Shown here in pieces: positions 1 through 10,439 of a stretch of 64,000 nucleotides of DNA; position 1 is the first letter of the stretch; every line of letters begins with the position of its first letter. Under the pieces are notes generated by a model that was not told the origin of the DNA, did no database searches, and saw nothing but the letters and a program-made list of their open reading frames with translations. The translations under genes and the position numbers were made by a program. Source of the stretch: an uncultured Acidobacteriota bacterium (lineage in GTDB: Bacteria; Acidobacteriota; UBA6911); NCBI GenBank assembly GCA_963843575.1, contig CAWJKZ010000013.1, positions 480,001 through 544,000 of the forward strand, in the 5' to 3' direction.

Positions 1-144
1 CGATTGGGGTTTCTGGGTGGTGGCCGCGTTGTCCAGATAAACCAGGGGTCTGCCGTGCACCCGCCGCGAGAGGATCGGGAAATCGCCCCGAAGCCTGAGC
101 GCGTCCAGGGTCGTACCGGCCTGCTGTGGTGTGGCCATTTTCAT
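1..144 (-). CDS. sufS: Cysteine desulfurase SufS, N-terminal part (runs off the window edge)
   Basis: Hand translation of the reverse strand gives [48 protein letters not shown], with the SufS DFPIL...[11 protein letters not shown] motif; it lies directly downstream of sufD. Confidence 0.93.
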   Translation of the reverse strand, partial: MKMATPQQAGTTLDALRLRGDFPILSRRVHGRPLVYLDNAATTQKPQS

Positions 145-146
145 CG

Positions 147-1502
147 TTACGCCCTCTCTGCGGGATCCCGCTCCAGTTCGATGAGCCGGCCCTGGTGGGA
201 AAGCCGGTTGAGCAGGACCAGGTCTATCTGGCACTGGATGGGCTTGACCCGCAGGGTGCCGACGATCTCGCTCGCGAACGCGTAGGTCAGCAGCGTCCGG
301 GCGGATTCCTCTCCGATGCCGCGCGACCGCAGGTAGAACATCTCGTCCTGGCTGAGCTGCCCGATCGTCGCCCCGTGCGTGCACTTGACGTCGTCGGCGA
401 ATATTTCCAGCTGCGGCCTGGTGTTTACCAGGGCATCCTCGGACAGCAGCAGGTTCTTGTTCGTTTGTCGCGCGTTGGTCTTCTGGGCATCTTTCCGGAC
501 CACGATGCTGCCGTTGAACACGCCGGTCGACGAGTCGTCGAGAATGCCCTTGTAAAGCTCGCGGCTGGTGCAGTGGGGCCGGGCATGGATGATCCGGGTG
601 TGATTGTCGACGTGTTGCCGCCCGTGGGTGACGTACAGGCCGTTCAGCGTGCAGTCCCCCCCCTGCGCGTTGAGGCTGACGTCGATGTCGTTGCGCACGA
701 GCGCGCCGCCGAGCGAGATCGAGTTCGAGTTGAACACGCTGTCCCGATCCTGCGAGATGTGCAGCGAACCGATGTGGTAGGCCGTTTCGCTCTCGCGCTG
801 GATCTTGCAGTGCTCCACGACCGAACCGCTGCCGGCGACGATTTCGGTCACGGCGTTGGTCAGGTAGGCGCCGTCGAGCAACCCCGCGTGGGTTTCAACC
901 ACGCCGACGCGGCTTCCTTCCCCCGCCACGATGAGCGTTCTCGGGTGGGAGACGGTCTGCCGCGCGCCCGTAGAGAGAAAGAGCAGGTGAATGACGTTGT
1001 TGAGCATCAGGCCCGCGGGCACGTGAACGAAGGCGCCGTCCTTCATGAAGGCGGTGTTGAAGGCCAGGAAGGCGTTCGACTCCGCCGTCGCGCAGCGCGC
1101 CAGGTGGGGTTCGACCCGGTCGCGGTCGGTTTTGAACGCCGACTGCAGGCTGCGCACGCGCATGCCGCGCGGCAGCTGGGGCACGGTCGAGAGCGAGTCG
1201 ACATATACGCCGTTGATGAAGACCAGTTGGCAGTCGACGTCGCCGAAGGTGAAGCTCGCCAGGTCTGCGGCCGTGAGACCGTCGGGCCGGTAGGTTGCCG
1301 GCTGGAAGTGGGTCCGGGCGATCGGCGCGACATTCGTGTAGCGCCACTCCTCGTCGCGCGTAGTCGGGAACCCGAGCCGGGCGAAACGCGCCATCGCCTC
1401 CGCGCGAAGCGCGTGCACCCAACTCCGCTTCCCGGCCGGCGTCTTTTCAAAGGCCCCGAAATCGGAGCCGTAAGCGTTCTTCTCTTCCATCCCGTCCGTC
1501 AT
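147..1502 (-). CDS. sufD: Fe-S cluster assembly protein SufD
   Basis: EEWRYT N-terminal motif and C-terminal [21 protein letters not shown]...FYLRSRGI; follows sufC. Confidence 0.95.
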   Translation of the reverse strand: MTDGMEEKNAYGSDFGAFEKTPAGKRSWVHALRAEAMARFARLGFPTTRDEEWRYTNVAPIARTHFQPATYRPDGLTAADLASFTFGDVDCQLVFINGVYVDSLSTVPQLPRGMRVRSLQSAFKTDRDRVEPHLARCATAESNAFLAFNTAFMKDGAFVHVPAGLMLNNVIHLLFLSTGARQTVSHPRTLIVAGEGSRVGVVETHAGLLDGAYLTNAVTEIVAGSGSVVEHCKIQRESETAYHIGSLHISQDRDSVFNSNSISLGGALVRNDIDVSLNAQGGDCTLNGLYVTHGRQHVDNHTRIIHARPHCTSRELYKGILDDSSTGVFNGSIVVRKDAQKTNARQTNKNLLLSEDALVNTRPQLEIFADDVKCTHGATIGQLSQDEMFYLRSRGIGEESARTLLTYAFASEIVGTLRVKPIQCQIDLVLLNRLSHQGRLIELERDPAERA

Positions 1503-1515
1503 CGACGATGCCCCT

Positions 1516-2280
<765 letters not shown>

Positions 2281-2319
2281 TGTGTTCTCCGGTTGTGCTT
2301 ACGATCTGTAACGTGCGGA

Positions 2320-3757
2320 TCAGCCGACGCTCCCCTCGAGGCTCACGCCCAGCAGTTTCTGAGCCTCGACGGCAAACTCCATCGGCAGCTCGCGGAAGAC
2401 CTCCTTGCAGAAGCCGTTGACGATCATCGAGACGGCGGCCTCCGAGGAGATCCCGCGCTGCTGGCAGTAGAAGATCTGGTCTTCGCCTATCTTCGACGTG
2501 GAAGCCTCGTGCTCCATCTGGGCGCTCGAGTTCTTCACCTCGATGTAGGGAAAAGTGTGCGCGCCGCATTTGTCGCCCAGCAGGAGCGAATCGCAGCGCG
2601 AATAATTCCGGGCGTTCTGCGCGCCCTTGAGGATCTTGACCATGCCGCGGTACGTGTTCTGCCCGTGGCCCGCGGAAATGCCCTTGGACACTATCGTGCT
2701 CCGGGTGTTCCTGCCGATGTGGATCATCTTGGTCCCGGTGTCGGCCTGCTGGTAGTTGTTGGTCAGGGCCACCGAGTAGAATTCGCCGATCGAGTTCTCC
2801 CCCTGGAGGATGCAGCTCGGGTACTTCCAGGTGATCGCCGAACCGGTCTCCACCTGCGTCCAGGATATCTTCGAGTTCACCCCGAGGCACTTCCCGCGCT
2901 TTGTCACGAAGTTGTAGATCCCGCCCTTGCCTTCCTTGTCCCCAGGGTACCAGTTCTGGACCGTCGAGTACTTGATCCGGGCGTTGTCCAGCGCCACGAG
3001 CTCGACGACTGCCGCGTGCAGCTGGTTCTCGTCCCGCATGGGAGCCGTACATCCTTCGAGGTAGCTCACCTGGCTCCCTTCGTCCGCCACGATGAGGGTC
3101 CGCTCGAACTGCCCGGTCTGCGCCGCGTTGATGCGGAAATAGGTCGACAGCTCCATCGGGCAGCGGACCCCTTTCGGGATGTAGCAGAACGAGCCGTCGG
3201 AAAACACCGCGGAGTTCAGGGTCGCAAAGAAATTGTCGGTGTACGGCACCACGGACCCCAGGTATTGCCGGACAAGGTCGGGATGCTTTTCGACGGCCTC
3301 GGAAAACGCGCAGAAGATGATCCCAAGTTCCGCCGAGCTTCTCCTTGAAGGTCGTGGCCACCGAAATGCTGTCAAACACCGCGTCGACCGCCACCCCGGC
3401 CAGCAGTTCCCGCTCGCGCAGCGGGATGCCCAGCTTCTCGTATGTGGCCAGGAGTTCCGGGTCGACCTCGTCCAGGCTCCTGGGTTTGGCCTTGACCTTG
3501 GGGGCGGAGTAGTAGCTGATGGCCTGGTAATCGATCGGCGCATAGTGCACATTCGCCCAGTTGGGCTCCTCCATCGTCTGCCAGTGCCGGTAGGCTTTCA
3601 GGCGCCAATCGAGCATGAACTCCGGCTCGTTCTTCTTGGCGGAAATCAGCCTGATCACGTCCTCGTTCAAACCGCACGGGACCGTGTCCGCCTCGATCTC
3701 GGTGACGAAACCGTACTTGTACTCCCGGTTGGCAAGATCCTGTATGTTGGTACTCAT
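2320..3757 (-). CDS. sufB: Fe-S cluster assembly protein SufB (one apparent frameshift near 3334)
   Basis: N-terminus [17 protein letters not shown]...VDAVFDS is in one frame and C-terminal ...YLEGCTAP...QLHAAVVE...LEGSVG in another; removing one G restores [13 protein letters not shown]. Confidence 0.93.
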
Positions 3758-3813
3758 AAAACCTTTCCGACGCAGGGCTTCAGATTGCTCCGGCGCCTCA
3801 CTCTGCTTCCAGC

Positions 3814-4275
3814 TCAGGAAACCTGCCCGGGCCGGATTTCCGGACTGCCGAGATTGACGAGCGGTTGATATAGCGGTTGGGCCATTTCCGCCAGCGTGAT
3901 CTTCTCGAGCGCTTCGAAAATCGCCCGGTTGATGAGGTGCCAGTTCGTACGAACCGGGCAGCCAGTCTCCAGGCCACAGTCGCCATTCAGCGTGTCCGTG
4001 CACTCCGTTACGGCGATGGGCCCCTCGAGCGCCCGGATAATCTGGGCAACCGTGATCTCCTGCGGCCGCCGCGCCAGCCCGTATCCCCCCTTGGTGCCGC
4101 GCTGGGAAACCAGCAACCCTTCTCGAGCCAGCATCTTGAGGACTTTGCTGGCCACGGGGAGGGGCAGCCGCACTTCCTTGGAGATGTCTCGGGCGGCGTG
4201 CGTCACCCCACCGTGGTTCGCGATGTGGGTGAGCATGACGATGCCGTAATCCGCCAATTTGGTGACTCTGAGCAT
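3814..4275 (-). CDS. Rrf2-family (SufR/IscR-like) Fe-S cluster assembly regulator
   Basis: [11 protein letters not shown] start, [12 protein letters not shown] wing and three Cys ([17 protein letters not shown]); first gene of the suf operon. Confidence 0.92.
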   Translation of the reverse strand: MLRVTKLADYGIVMLTHIANHGGVTHAARDISKEVRLPLPVASKVLKMLAREGLLVSQRGTKGGYGLARRPQEITVAQIIRALEGPIAVTECTDTLNGDCGLETGCPVRTNWHLINRAIFEALEKITLAEMAQPLYQPLVNLGSPEIRPGQVS

Positions 4276-4296
4276 GAACGACCCCTGCGCGCTCCT

Positions 4297-4323
4297 TATA
4301 CAGTACTGAATCAGTCCGAAATA
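4297..4323. promoter_or_regulatory. Imperfect palindrome, candidate Rrf2 operator
   Basis: GTACTGA-A-TCAGTCC inverted repeat with AT-rich flanks, between the predicted -10 box and the RBS of the Rrf2 gene. Confidence 0.5.
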
Positions 4324-4330
4324 CAGGTGC

Positions 4331-4359
4331 AGAATAGCAACCCGGAGTGGAATTGTCAA
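4331..4359 (-). promoter_or_regulatory. Sigma70-type promoter of the suf operon
   Basis: Minus strand TTGACA-17 nt-TATTCT. Confidence 0.7.
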
Positions 4360-4632
4360 CAGAATAAGTCTGACCTAATTATAATGTAGTGTTATAGTTA
4401 GGAACAAACCCGGCGTTCGGTGGCCCGGAGCGGGGACGTTTGGGGCGCCTCGTTGGGAACCTCTAGCCGGGTTATTGCATTGCAGGCCGCACTCGGCCTA
4501 TAGTTCCAACGCCGCGGCGACCCATCGCGCGAGCGGGTTCGCGCGCGGCAGCGCCATTAACATCAGCGGGGTCAGGCGCCTTCCCGGCTGCAGGGGGCCC
4601 TGCGCACCGCGAAACGGAGACGCATCGGACAC

Positions 4633-5625
4633 ATGGACGCCAGCACTCAGTCGGTCATACTTTCCGGCATTCAGCCCTCCGGGAACCTGCATCTCGGGAA
4701 CTATTTCGGAGCTGTTCAGCAATATCTCGAGTTCATCGCCAGCGGGCAGCGCTGTTATTTTTTCCTGGCGAACTACCATGCCTTGACGTCGATCCGGGAC
4801 CGGGACAAGCTGCTCGAGCTGACCCGCAACACGGCGGCGACCTATCTGGCGCTCGGGCTCGACCCGGAAAAGTGCTCTGTGTACCGGCAAAGCGACCTGC
4901 CGGAGGTGTGCGAGCTGCAGTGGATTCTGTCGACGGTAACCCCGATGGGATTGCTGGAGCGGTGCCACGCCTACAAGGACAAGGTAGCGCAGGGTTTACC
5001 TGCAGAACACGGCCTTTTTGCCTATCCGGTGCTGCAGGCTGCGGACATCCTGATCGTGCGGTCCAACCGGGTGCCGGTCGGGCAGGACCAGAAGCAGCAC
5101 ATCGAGGTCACGCGCGACATCGCGCAGTACTTCAACAACACCTACGGCGAGGTCTTGACGATACCGGAACCTTACATACCCGAAAGCGTGGCGGTTGTCC
5201 CCGGACGCGACGGCCGGAAGATGTCGAAATCCTACAACAATACGATCGAGCTGTTTGCCCCCGAGGACGAGGTGCGGCGCCAGGTGTTTTCGATCGAAAC
5301 TGATTCGGCAAAGGTGGCGGATCCCAAGGACCCGGACCAGAGCAACCTGTTTGCGATCCTGAAGCTTTTCTGCAGTCCGGAGACGACGGCGGAATGGGCG
5401 GAGAGGTTTCGCCGGGGAGGCCTTGGCTACCGCGAGGTCAAGCAGGCGATCTACGACAACTTCGTCGCGCTGTTCAGCGAGGCGCGGCGCAAGCGCAGGG
5501 AAATGGACAGCCGGCCGGAGTATGTTGAAGAGGTCCTGCGCCGGGGGGCAGAGCAGGCGCGGGCCGTCGCCATCCCGCTCCTGCGCCAGGTGCGCGACGC
5601 CGTCGGCATCCCCAACACCCGGTGA
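4633..5625 (+). CDS. trpS: Tryptophan--tRNA ligase
   Basis: SGIQPSGNLHLGNY (HIGH-like), YPVLQAADIL, VPVGQDQKQHIE and KMSKS motifs. Confidence 0.97.
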   Translation: MDASTQSVILSGIQPSGNLHLGNYFGAVQQYLEFIASGQRCYFFLANYHALTSIRDRDKLLELTRNTAATYLALGLDPEKCSVYRQSDLPEVCELQWILSTVTPMGLLERCHAYKDKVAQGLPAEHGLFAYPVLQAADILIVRSNRVPVGQDQKQHIEVTRDIAQYFNNTYGEVLTIPEPYIPESVAVVPGRDGRKMSKSYNNTIELFAPEDEVRRQVFSIETDSAKVADPKDPDQSNLFAILKLFCSPETTAEWAERFRRGGLGYREVKQAIYDNFVALFSEARRKRREMDSRPEYVEEVLRRGAEQARAVAIPLLRQVRDAVGIPNTR

Positions 5626-5635
5626 TAGAACTTCA

Positions 5636-5708
5636 AATCTGAAGTGCGGCGGCTCGACGGGCTCTACGCCGCTTGGGGGGTGGCGCCGAGGCGCCGCACT
5701 TCCAGATT
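5636..5708. repeat. REP-like inverted repeat between convergent trpS and pepP
   Basis: AATCTGAAGTGCGGCG...CGCCGCACTTCCAGATT arms; the core GCGGCGGCTCGAC recurs elsewhere in intergenic DNA. Confidence 0.65.
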
Positions 5709-7098
5709 ACTTCATTGCATTTTCTACTTCATCCACCGTCTTCGGTATGCCGGGGCCGAGAACACGGGTTCCTTCGGCAGTGACCACGACGTTGTCTTCG
5801 ATCCGGATCCCGCCAAATGTCCTGAAGGACTCCAGCTTGTCGTAGTTGATGAAGTCCCTGTGCAGTTTTTCCTGATGCCACCGGTCGATGAGCGCCGGGA
5901 TGAAGTAGATGCCGGGCTCGACGGTGAGGACAAAGCCCTCGAGGAGGGCGCGGCTGAGCCGGAGAAAATTCAGGCCGAACTGCGAGCTTCGGGGCTGTCC
6001 GGGGGGATAACCGACGACGTCGCCCAAGTCCTCCATGTCGTGTACGTCGAGGCCGAGCATGTGACCCAGGCCGTGGGGGAAAAACAGGGCGTGGGCTCCC
6101 GCCTCCACGGCATCCGCCGGGTTTCCCTTCATGAGCCCCACCCCGCACAGCCCCTCGGCGAGGACCCTGGACACGTGCAGGTGGACGTCCTTGTAGGTCA
6201 CGCCCGGTTTGATCATCTCGATACCGGCAAGCTGCCCGCGCAACACCGTTTCGTAAACATCCTTCTGGACCAGGGTAAACCTGCCGCCGACGGGGAACGT
6301 CCGGGTGATGTCCGACGCGTAATAGTGGGGCGACTCAGCCCCGGAATCGTTCAGGAGGAGTTGACCCTGCTGCAGCACATTGTGGTAGGAGTGGTTGTGC
6401 AGGACTTCGCCGTGCACGGTGACGATGGGGTTGTAGGCCTGCGCGCGGCCGGAGGAAAGTGCAATGCCCTGGATGAGGCCAGCGATGTCCGCCTCGGTCT
6501 TGCCGGGTTTTGTGGCTGCCATGGCGGCACGGTGCATCCGGTCGGTGATTTTGAGCGCATCCTCGATTTCCCCAACCTCGACGTCGGATTTTATGGAGCG
6601 CTGAAGCGCGACGGCGTCGCGCAGTTTCGCAGAGATCCCCGTGTTGACTTCGCTCGGCTCGACGACCAGGAGCTCAGCCATGCGGAAGATCGAGGAAGCC
6701 TGGTACTGCGGCAGGTAGTGGATCGACACCCCCTGGCTTCGGGCCTTCGTGAGATAGACGCCGAGGCGCCCCAGTTCCTCGACCGTCTCGATGCCGGCGT
6801 GGCGCGCCATGTCCAGCCGGGTGTGACCCGCGCCGCTCCAGACGACGTCGTCCATGGTGGTGGGCCGGGCGAACAACACGTCGTAGTCCGGCTCCGGATA
6901 GGACAGGACGGCCAGGTCGGGCTCCGACAGTCCGGTGTAATAGAGGAAATTCGAGTTCTGCCGGAACGGGAAGGAATTGTCCGCGTAGTTGCGTGGCTGG
7001 AGCATGTGCCCGAGCCAGAGGATGACGCCGCCCCCTAACGCTTCCCGGACCTGGTTTCGTCGCGCGCCATAGACCTCTGCCCAATTTGCATCCGTCAT
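5707..7098 (-). CDS. pepP: Xaa-Pro aminopeptidase (M24B family)
   Basis: FRQNSNFLYYTG N-domain, DSGAE...SDITRTFP, HGLGHMLGLDVHD, TVEPGIY and GGIRIEDN metal ligands. Confidence 0.92.
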   Translation of the reverse strand: MTDANWAEVYGARRNQVREALGGGVILWLGHMLQPRNYADNSFPFRQNSNFLYYTGLSEPDLAVLSYPEPDYDVLFARPTTMDDVVWSGAGHTRLDMARHAGIETVEELGRLGVYLTKARSQGVSIHYLPQYQASSIFRMAELLVVEPSEVNTGISAKLRDAVALQRSIKSDVEVGEIEDALKITDRMHRAAMAATKPGKTEADIAGLIQGIALSSGRAQAYNPIVTVHGEVLHNHSYHNVLQQGQLLLNDSGAESPHYYASDITRTFPVGGRFTLVQKDVYETVLRGQLAGIEMIKPGVTYKDVHLHVSRVLAEGLCGVGLMKGNPADAVEAGAHALFFPHGLGHMLGLDVHDMEDLGDVVGYPPGQPRSSQFGLNFLRLSRALLEGFVLTVEPGIYFIPALIDRWHQEKLHRDFINYDKLESFRTFGGIRIEDNVVVTAEGTRVLGPGIPKTVDEVENAMK

Positions 7099-7133
7099 CG
7101 TTGGCTCCTATCCGTGTTGCGAGATTCTCGGTT

Positions 7134-8075
7134 TCACCCGGCGAGAGCGGCGGCCTCAGCCTCAGCTGGCGCAAACTCTGCCAGGAACTTCTCCACGGCG
7201 TGCGCATACCGCCGGGGATCGTGCGAGAACAGGTCTTGGTGTCCGGCACCCGGGAAGAGCACCATGCGCTTGGGCTCCGGGATGCAACCATAGAGGTATT
7301 CGACCTCGACAAGCTTCAGAACCCGCTCCGAGTCGCCGGCCAGCAGCAGCACGGGACAACGGCAGTTTTCCATGGCTTTCCCCGGGTCGAGATCTTCGGC
7401 CCGCAGCTGTGCCATCTGCTCCACGATCTGCTCGACGGGCCATGCCAGCCACGGGGTCAGGGAGTGGGGCAGCCGCAGCGCGAGGCGGTTGGCGAGCGCG
7501 TGCCGGATGTTGTCGTAGCAGGATTCGAGGATCATCCAGTTGGGGAGCACCTCGCCGTAACCGACCGCGTAGGCCGCTGCCGCCGCGCCCATCGAGATCC
7601 CGTCGATGCCGATGTGGACGGGAACGCCCGGGTGGAGCGAACGGATGAACTCGAATGCGGCCGTCACATCCTGGCGCTCGTGATATCCGTAGGAGATGCG
7701 CGACGGGTCGCTGCCGCCGTGCCCGCGGAAATGCAGCAGCAGGACGTTGAAGCCGCGTCGCGCGAAAAACCGGGCCCTCACGTAAAGGATTGACCGGTCC
7801 GACCTGTACCCGTGAAGCGCCAGCACCCACCGGTCGGGCCGCGCCGTACGGGACAGCAACACCCACGCGTGCAGCGACAGCCCGTCGGACGACTTCAGCG
7901 ACAGCGGCTCGAGCTTTCCGTAGCGGATCGCGGGGATGCAATCGTAGTCGCGTCGCTTGCCCGGGCGCACCAGCAACCACGCCAAGATCATGCTTGTGAC
8001 CGCCGAGATCACGGCCACTCCCCCGGCGGCAAGCATTGCGGCCTTCGAAAATCGGCCGAGCGAACGCGCCTTCAT
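7134..8075 (-). CDS. Alpha/beta hydrolase with N-terminal membrane anchor
   Basis: LHGY oxyanion motif, FRGHGGS, nucleophile elbow GISMG and C-terminal GAGH histidine. Confidence 0.88.
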   Translation of the reverse strand: MKARSLGRFSKAAMLAAGGVAVISAVTSMILAWLLVRPGKRRDYDCIPAIRYGKLEPLSLKSSDGLSLHAWVLLSRTARPDRWVLALHGYRSDRSILYVRARFFARRGFNVLLLHFRGHGGSDPSRISYGYHERQDVTAAFEFIRSLHPGVPVHIGIDGISMGAAAAAYAVGYGEVLPNWMILESCYDNIRHALANRLALRLPHSLTPWLAWPVEQIVEQMAQLRAEDLDPGKAMENCRCPVLLLAGDSERVLKLVEVEYLYGCIPEPKRMVLFPGAGHQDLFSHDPRRYAHAVEKFLAEFAPAEAEAAALAG

Positions 8076-8096
8076 ATGCCTATCCTAGCAGGTGTG

Positions 8097-8115
8097 TGGA
8101 AGTGCGGCGGCTCGA
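8097..8115 (+). repeat. REP-like copy (TGGAAGTGCGGCGGCTCGA)
   Basis: Near-identical to the left arm at 5639-5657; intergenic. Confidence 0.55.
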
Positions 8116-8132
8116 TTTCGTCGGCGGCCCGG

Positions 8133-8273
8133 CTACCGCTTCTCGAGCAGCTGCTTGAGGCGTTCGACCTCCTGGCGCAGGCTTTTTTCGCGCGCGTGGA
8201 TCGAGTACAGGTAGATTGCCAGCACGACCCAGATGACGGTGTAGGCCGCGAAAAGGTAGCTCATGGTGTTCAT
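8133..8273 (-). CDS. ccmD: Heme exporter protein CcmD
   Basis: 46-aa protein YLFAAYTVIWVVLAIYL with one TM helix and a charged tail, immediately after ccmC. Confidence 0.85.
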   Translation of the reverse strand: MNTMSYLFAAYTVIWVVLAIYLYSIHAREKSLRQEVERLKQLLEKR

Positions 8274-8293
8274 AGGACACGTTCTCCGGCAGT

Positions 8294-8327
8294 TTCCGTG
8301 GTCTTCAGAGTCTTCCGTGGCGAGTTT
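8294..8327 (+). repeat. Dispersed 34-nt repeat, copy 1
   Basis: TTCCGTGGTCTTCAGAGTCTTCCGTGGCGAGTTT; 29/34 identical to 18644-18677. Confidence 0.6.
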
Positions 8328-8372
8328 CTTTGCTGCCTGCAAAAAGTCGACGGCAATCTCCCGCGACGGGGC

Positions 8373-9062
8373 TCATCGGGCGAGGTCGGCCCGACGCTCC
8401 AGCATATCGACGTCGAGGCGGGCCTGTTCGAGGAAGAAGCGCCGCCGCATCAGGTAAACGAACAGGATCAGGAAGACGGCCAGGCAGGTCCACAGCGCCG
8501 GTCTCATCGCGGGGGACAGCCCGCCCGTCTCGACCATGGGGGACGGGTGGATGTCGCGCCACCACCGTATCGAGAACCACACGATCGGGGCATCCACGAA
8601 CGCCACGATGCCAAAGACGGCCGACATCATGGCCCTTCGCTCCGGGTCGGGGACGTAGTTGCGGATGAGCAGGTATGCGACGTAGAGCATCCAGAGGACA
8701 AGCGACGACGTCAGCCGCGGAGACCAGGTCCACCAGACAAACCACACCGGCTTGGCCCAGATCGGGCCCGTGATCAGAACGATGGTCAGGAACATCACGC
8801 CGATCTCGGCCGCGGACAGCGCGACGCTGTCCCACCAGCGGTCCTTCCTGGCCACGTACATCAGGGACGCGGCGAAGTTCACCGCGAAGGCCAAAAGCCC
8901 GACCACTCCCGCCGGCATGTGGAAATAAAAAATCCTCTGCAGGTCGCCCATGGTGCGCTCCCGCGGGGCCTGCAGGAACGCCATATAGAGCGCCAGAACC
9001 ATGCCGACGAGAAGCAGCACGCCGAGCACCGTGTCCAGCCGGGAGTGCTCTTTACGGATCAT
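8373..9062 (-). CDS. ccmC: Heme exporter/cytochrome c biogenesis protein CcmC
   Basis: RIFYFHMP, tryptophan-rich TGPIWAKPVWFVWWTWSPRLTS and WWRDIHP motifs. Confidence 0.93.
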   Translation of the reverse strand: MIRKEHSRLDTVLGVLLLVGMVLALYMAFLQAPRERTMGDLQRIFYFHMPAGVVGLLAFAVNFAASLMYVARKDRWWDSVALSAAEIGVMFLTIVLITGPIWAKPVWFVWWTWSPRLTSSLVLWMLYVAYLLIRNYVPDPERRAMMSAVFGIVAFVDAPIVWFSIRWWRDIHPSPMVETGGLSPAMRPALWTCLAVFLILFVYLMRRRFFLEQARLDVDMLERRADLAR

Positions 9063-9064
9063 CG

Positions 9065-9742
9065 TCAATCCTCCAGCACGAATTCGAAAAGCAGACAAGC
9101 GAGGGTCGCAAACACGATCGTAAACACCGACATGATGGTCAGGGGCAGCTTCAACACCCTGTAGTCGGCCGTATTCAAGATGATGCTCGTGGCCTCCACG
9201 GCATTGATCAGGATCGGGAGGACTACCGGGAACAGGATGAGCGGGAGCAGCACTTCGCGCATCCGGGTGTTGGCCGAAACCGCGGCCAGCAAGGTTCCCA
9301 CCGCCGTGAACCCGAGCGTACCGATGAAGAATACCAGAACCAGATACGGGATCTCCCGCCAGACCGTGAGGTTGAAGAACGCGAAGGCGAAAACGGAAAT
9401 GACGGCCTCCGAAACAAGCATGAAGACGGTCGCCGCCATCATCTTGCCGAGGAACAGGATGCCTCGATCCATCGGCACCATCAGCAGCCCCTGCAGGCAG
9501 CTGTTTTCCTTTTCGGCCGCAAACATGCGGTTGAGCCCGAGCGTGCCGGAGAACGCAAACGCCACCCAAAGCACACCGGGCACGGCCATCCGGATGGAAT
9601 CCCGCACCGATTCCAGCGCGAAATTGAACACGACCAGGACGACGATGCCGAAGAAGAGCATGGCGTTCAGGGAGTCCTTGGTCCGGAGCTCGACCAGCAT
9701 GTCCTTGCGAAAGATCGCCCAGATCCTGGCCGCCGTCGTCAT
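9065..9742 (-). CDS. ccmB: Heme exporter protein CcmB
   Basis: AIFRKDMLVELR start, PGVLW, EKENSCLQGL and LLPLILFPVVLPILI; multi-TM. Confidence 0.9.
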   Translation of the reverse strand: MTTAARIWAIFRKDMLVELRTKDSLNAMLFFGIVVLVVFNFALESVRDSIRMAVPGVLWVAFAFSGTLGLNRMFAAEKENSCLQGLLMVPMDRGILFLGKMMAATVFMLVSEAVISVFAFAFFNLTVWREIPYLVLVFFIGTLGFTAVGTLLAAVSANTRMREVLLPLILFPVVLPILINAVEATSIILNTADYRVLKLPLTIMSVFTIVFATLACLLFEFVLED

Positions 9743-10439
9743 CGCGCTTCCGAAAGAGCCCGGTATCTTTCCCTGAAACTCCTCGAGGCTCAGCGAGGGT
9801 TTGGGAAAATCGAGTGCGACGACCCCGCGGTCGATGACGATGATCCGGTCGGCAAGCTCGTACCCGAGCGGGGCGTCGTGGATGGCCATGAGGCAGGTCT
9901 TGCCGCGCGCGTGCGCGTCGGCGAGGTACTAGTTTCAGAAAGTCCGACCCGGCCTGATCCAGCCCGGTGAACGGCTCATCGAGCAGGAGGATGTCGGGGT
10001 CGTGCAGGAACGCCCGGGCGATCGCGAGCCGCTGCTGCATGCCGCGCGAGTAGTTCCGCACCGGCTCCCGCTCCCGTCCCGCCAGCCCCACGCGGGCGAT
10101 CTCCCGCTGCAGGTCCTCGTCGGCGGCGGGGAGGTTCAGCAGCCTCGCGTAGAAGCGCAGGTTCTCCAGCGCGGTGAGATCTCCATAGAGCGCGGTGTTG
10201 TGGGAGAGATAGCCCATCATGCCCCGCGCCCTGGCGGGCGGGCGGGAGGGCGGCATGTCGATCGCAACCGAGCCGGACGAGGGGCGGGTGAGCCCCGCCA
10301 GGATGCGCAGAAAGGTCGTCTTCCCCGCACCGTTGCGGCCGAACAGGGCGATGAAATCGCCGCGGTCCACGCGGAGGCGCAGGTCGCGCAGCGCGGTGAA
10401 CTTTCCAAAGTACTTCGCCAACCCCTGCACTTCGATCAT
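9739..10439 (-). CDS. ccmA: Heme ABC exporter ATP-binding protein CcmA (apparent frameshifts near 9930 and 9771)
   Basis: GRNGAGKTT, YSRGMQQR and LLLDEPFTGLD; correcting two indels gives ...EEFQERYRALSEAR* overlapping the ccmB ATG (ATGA). Confidence 0.88.

Noticed and set aside
4505-4632. Possible T-box riboswitch ahead of trpS
   Set aside because: No T-box consensus (GGTGGNACCGCG) or terminator, and the leader is too short; only generic GC hairpins
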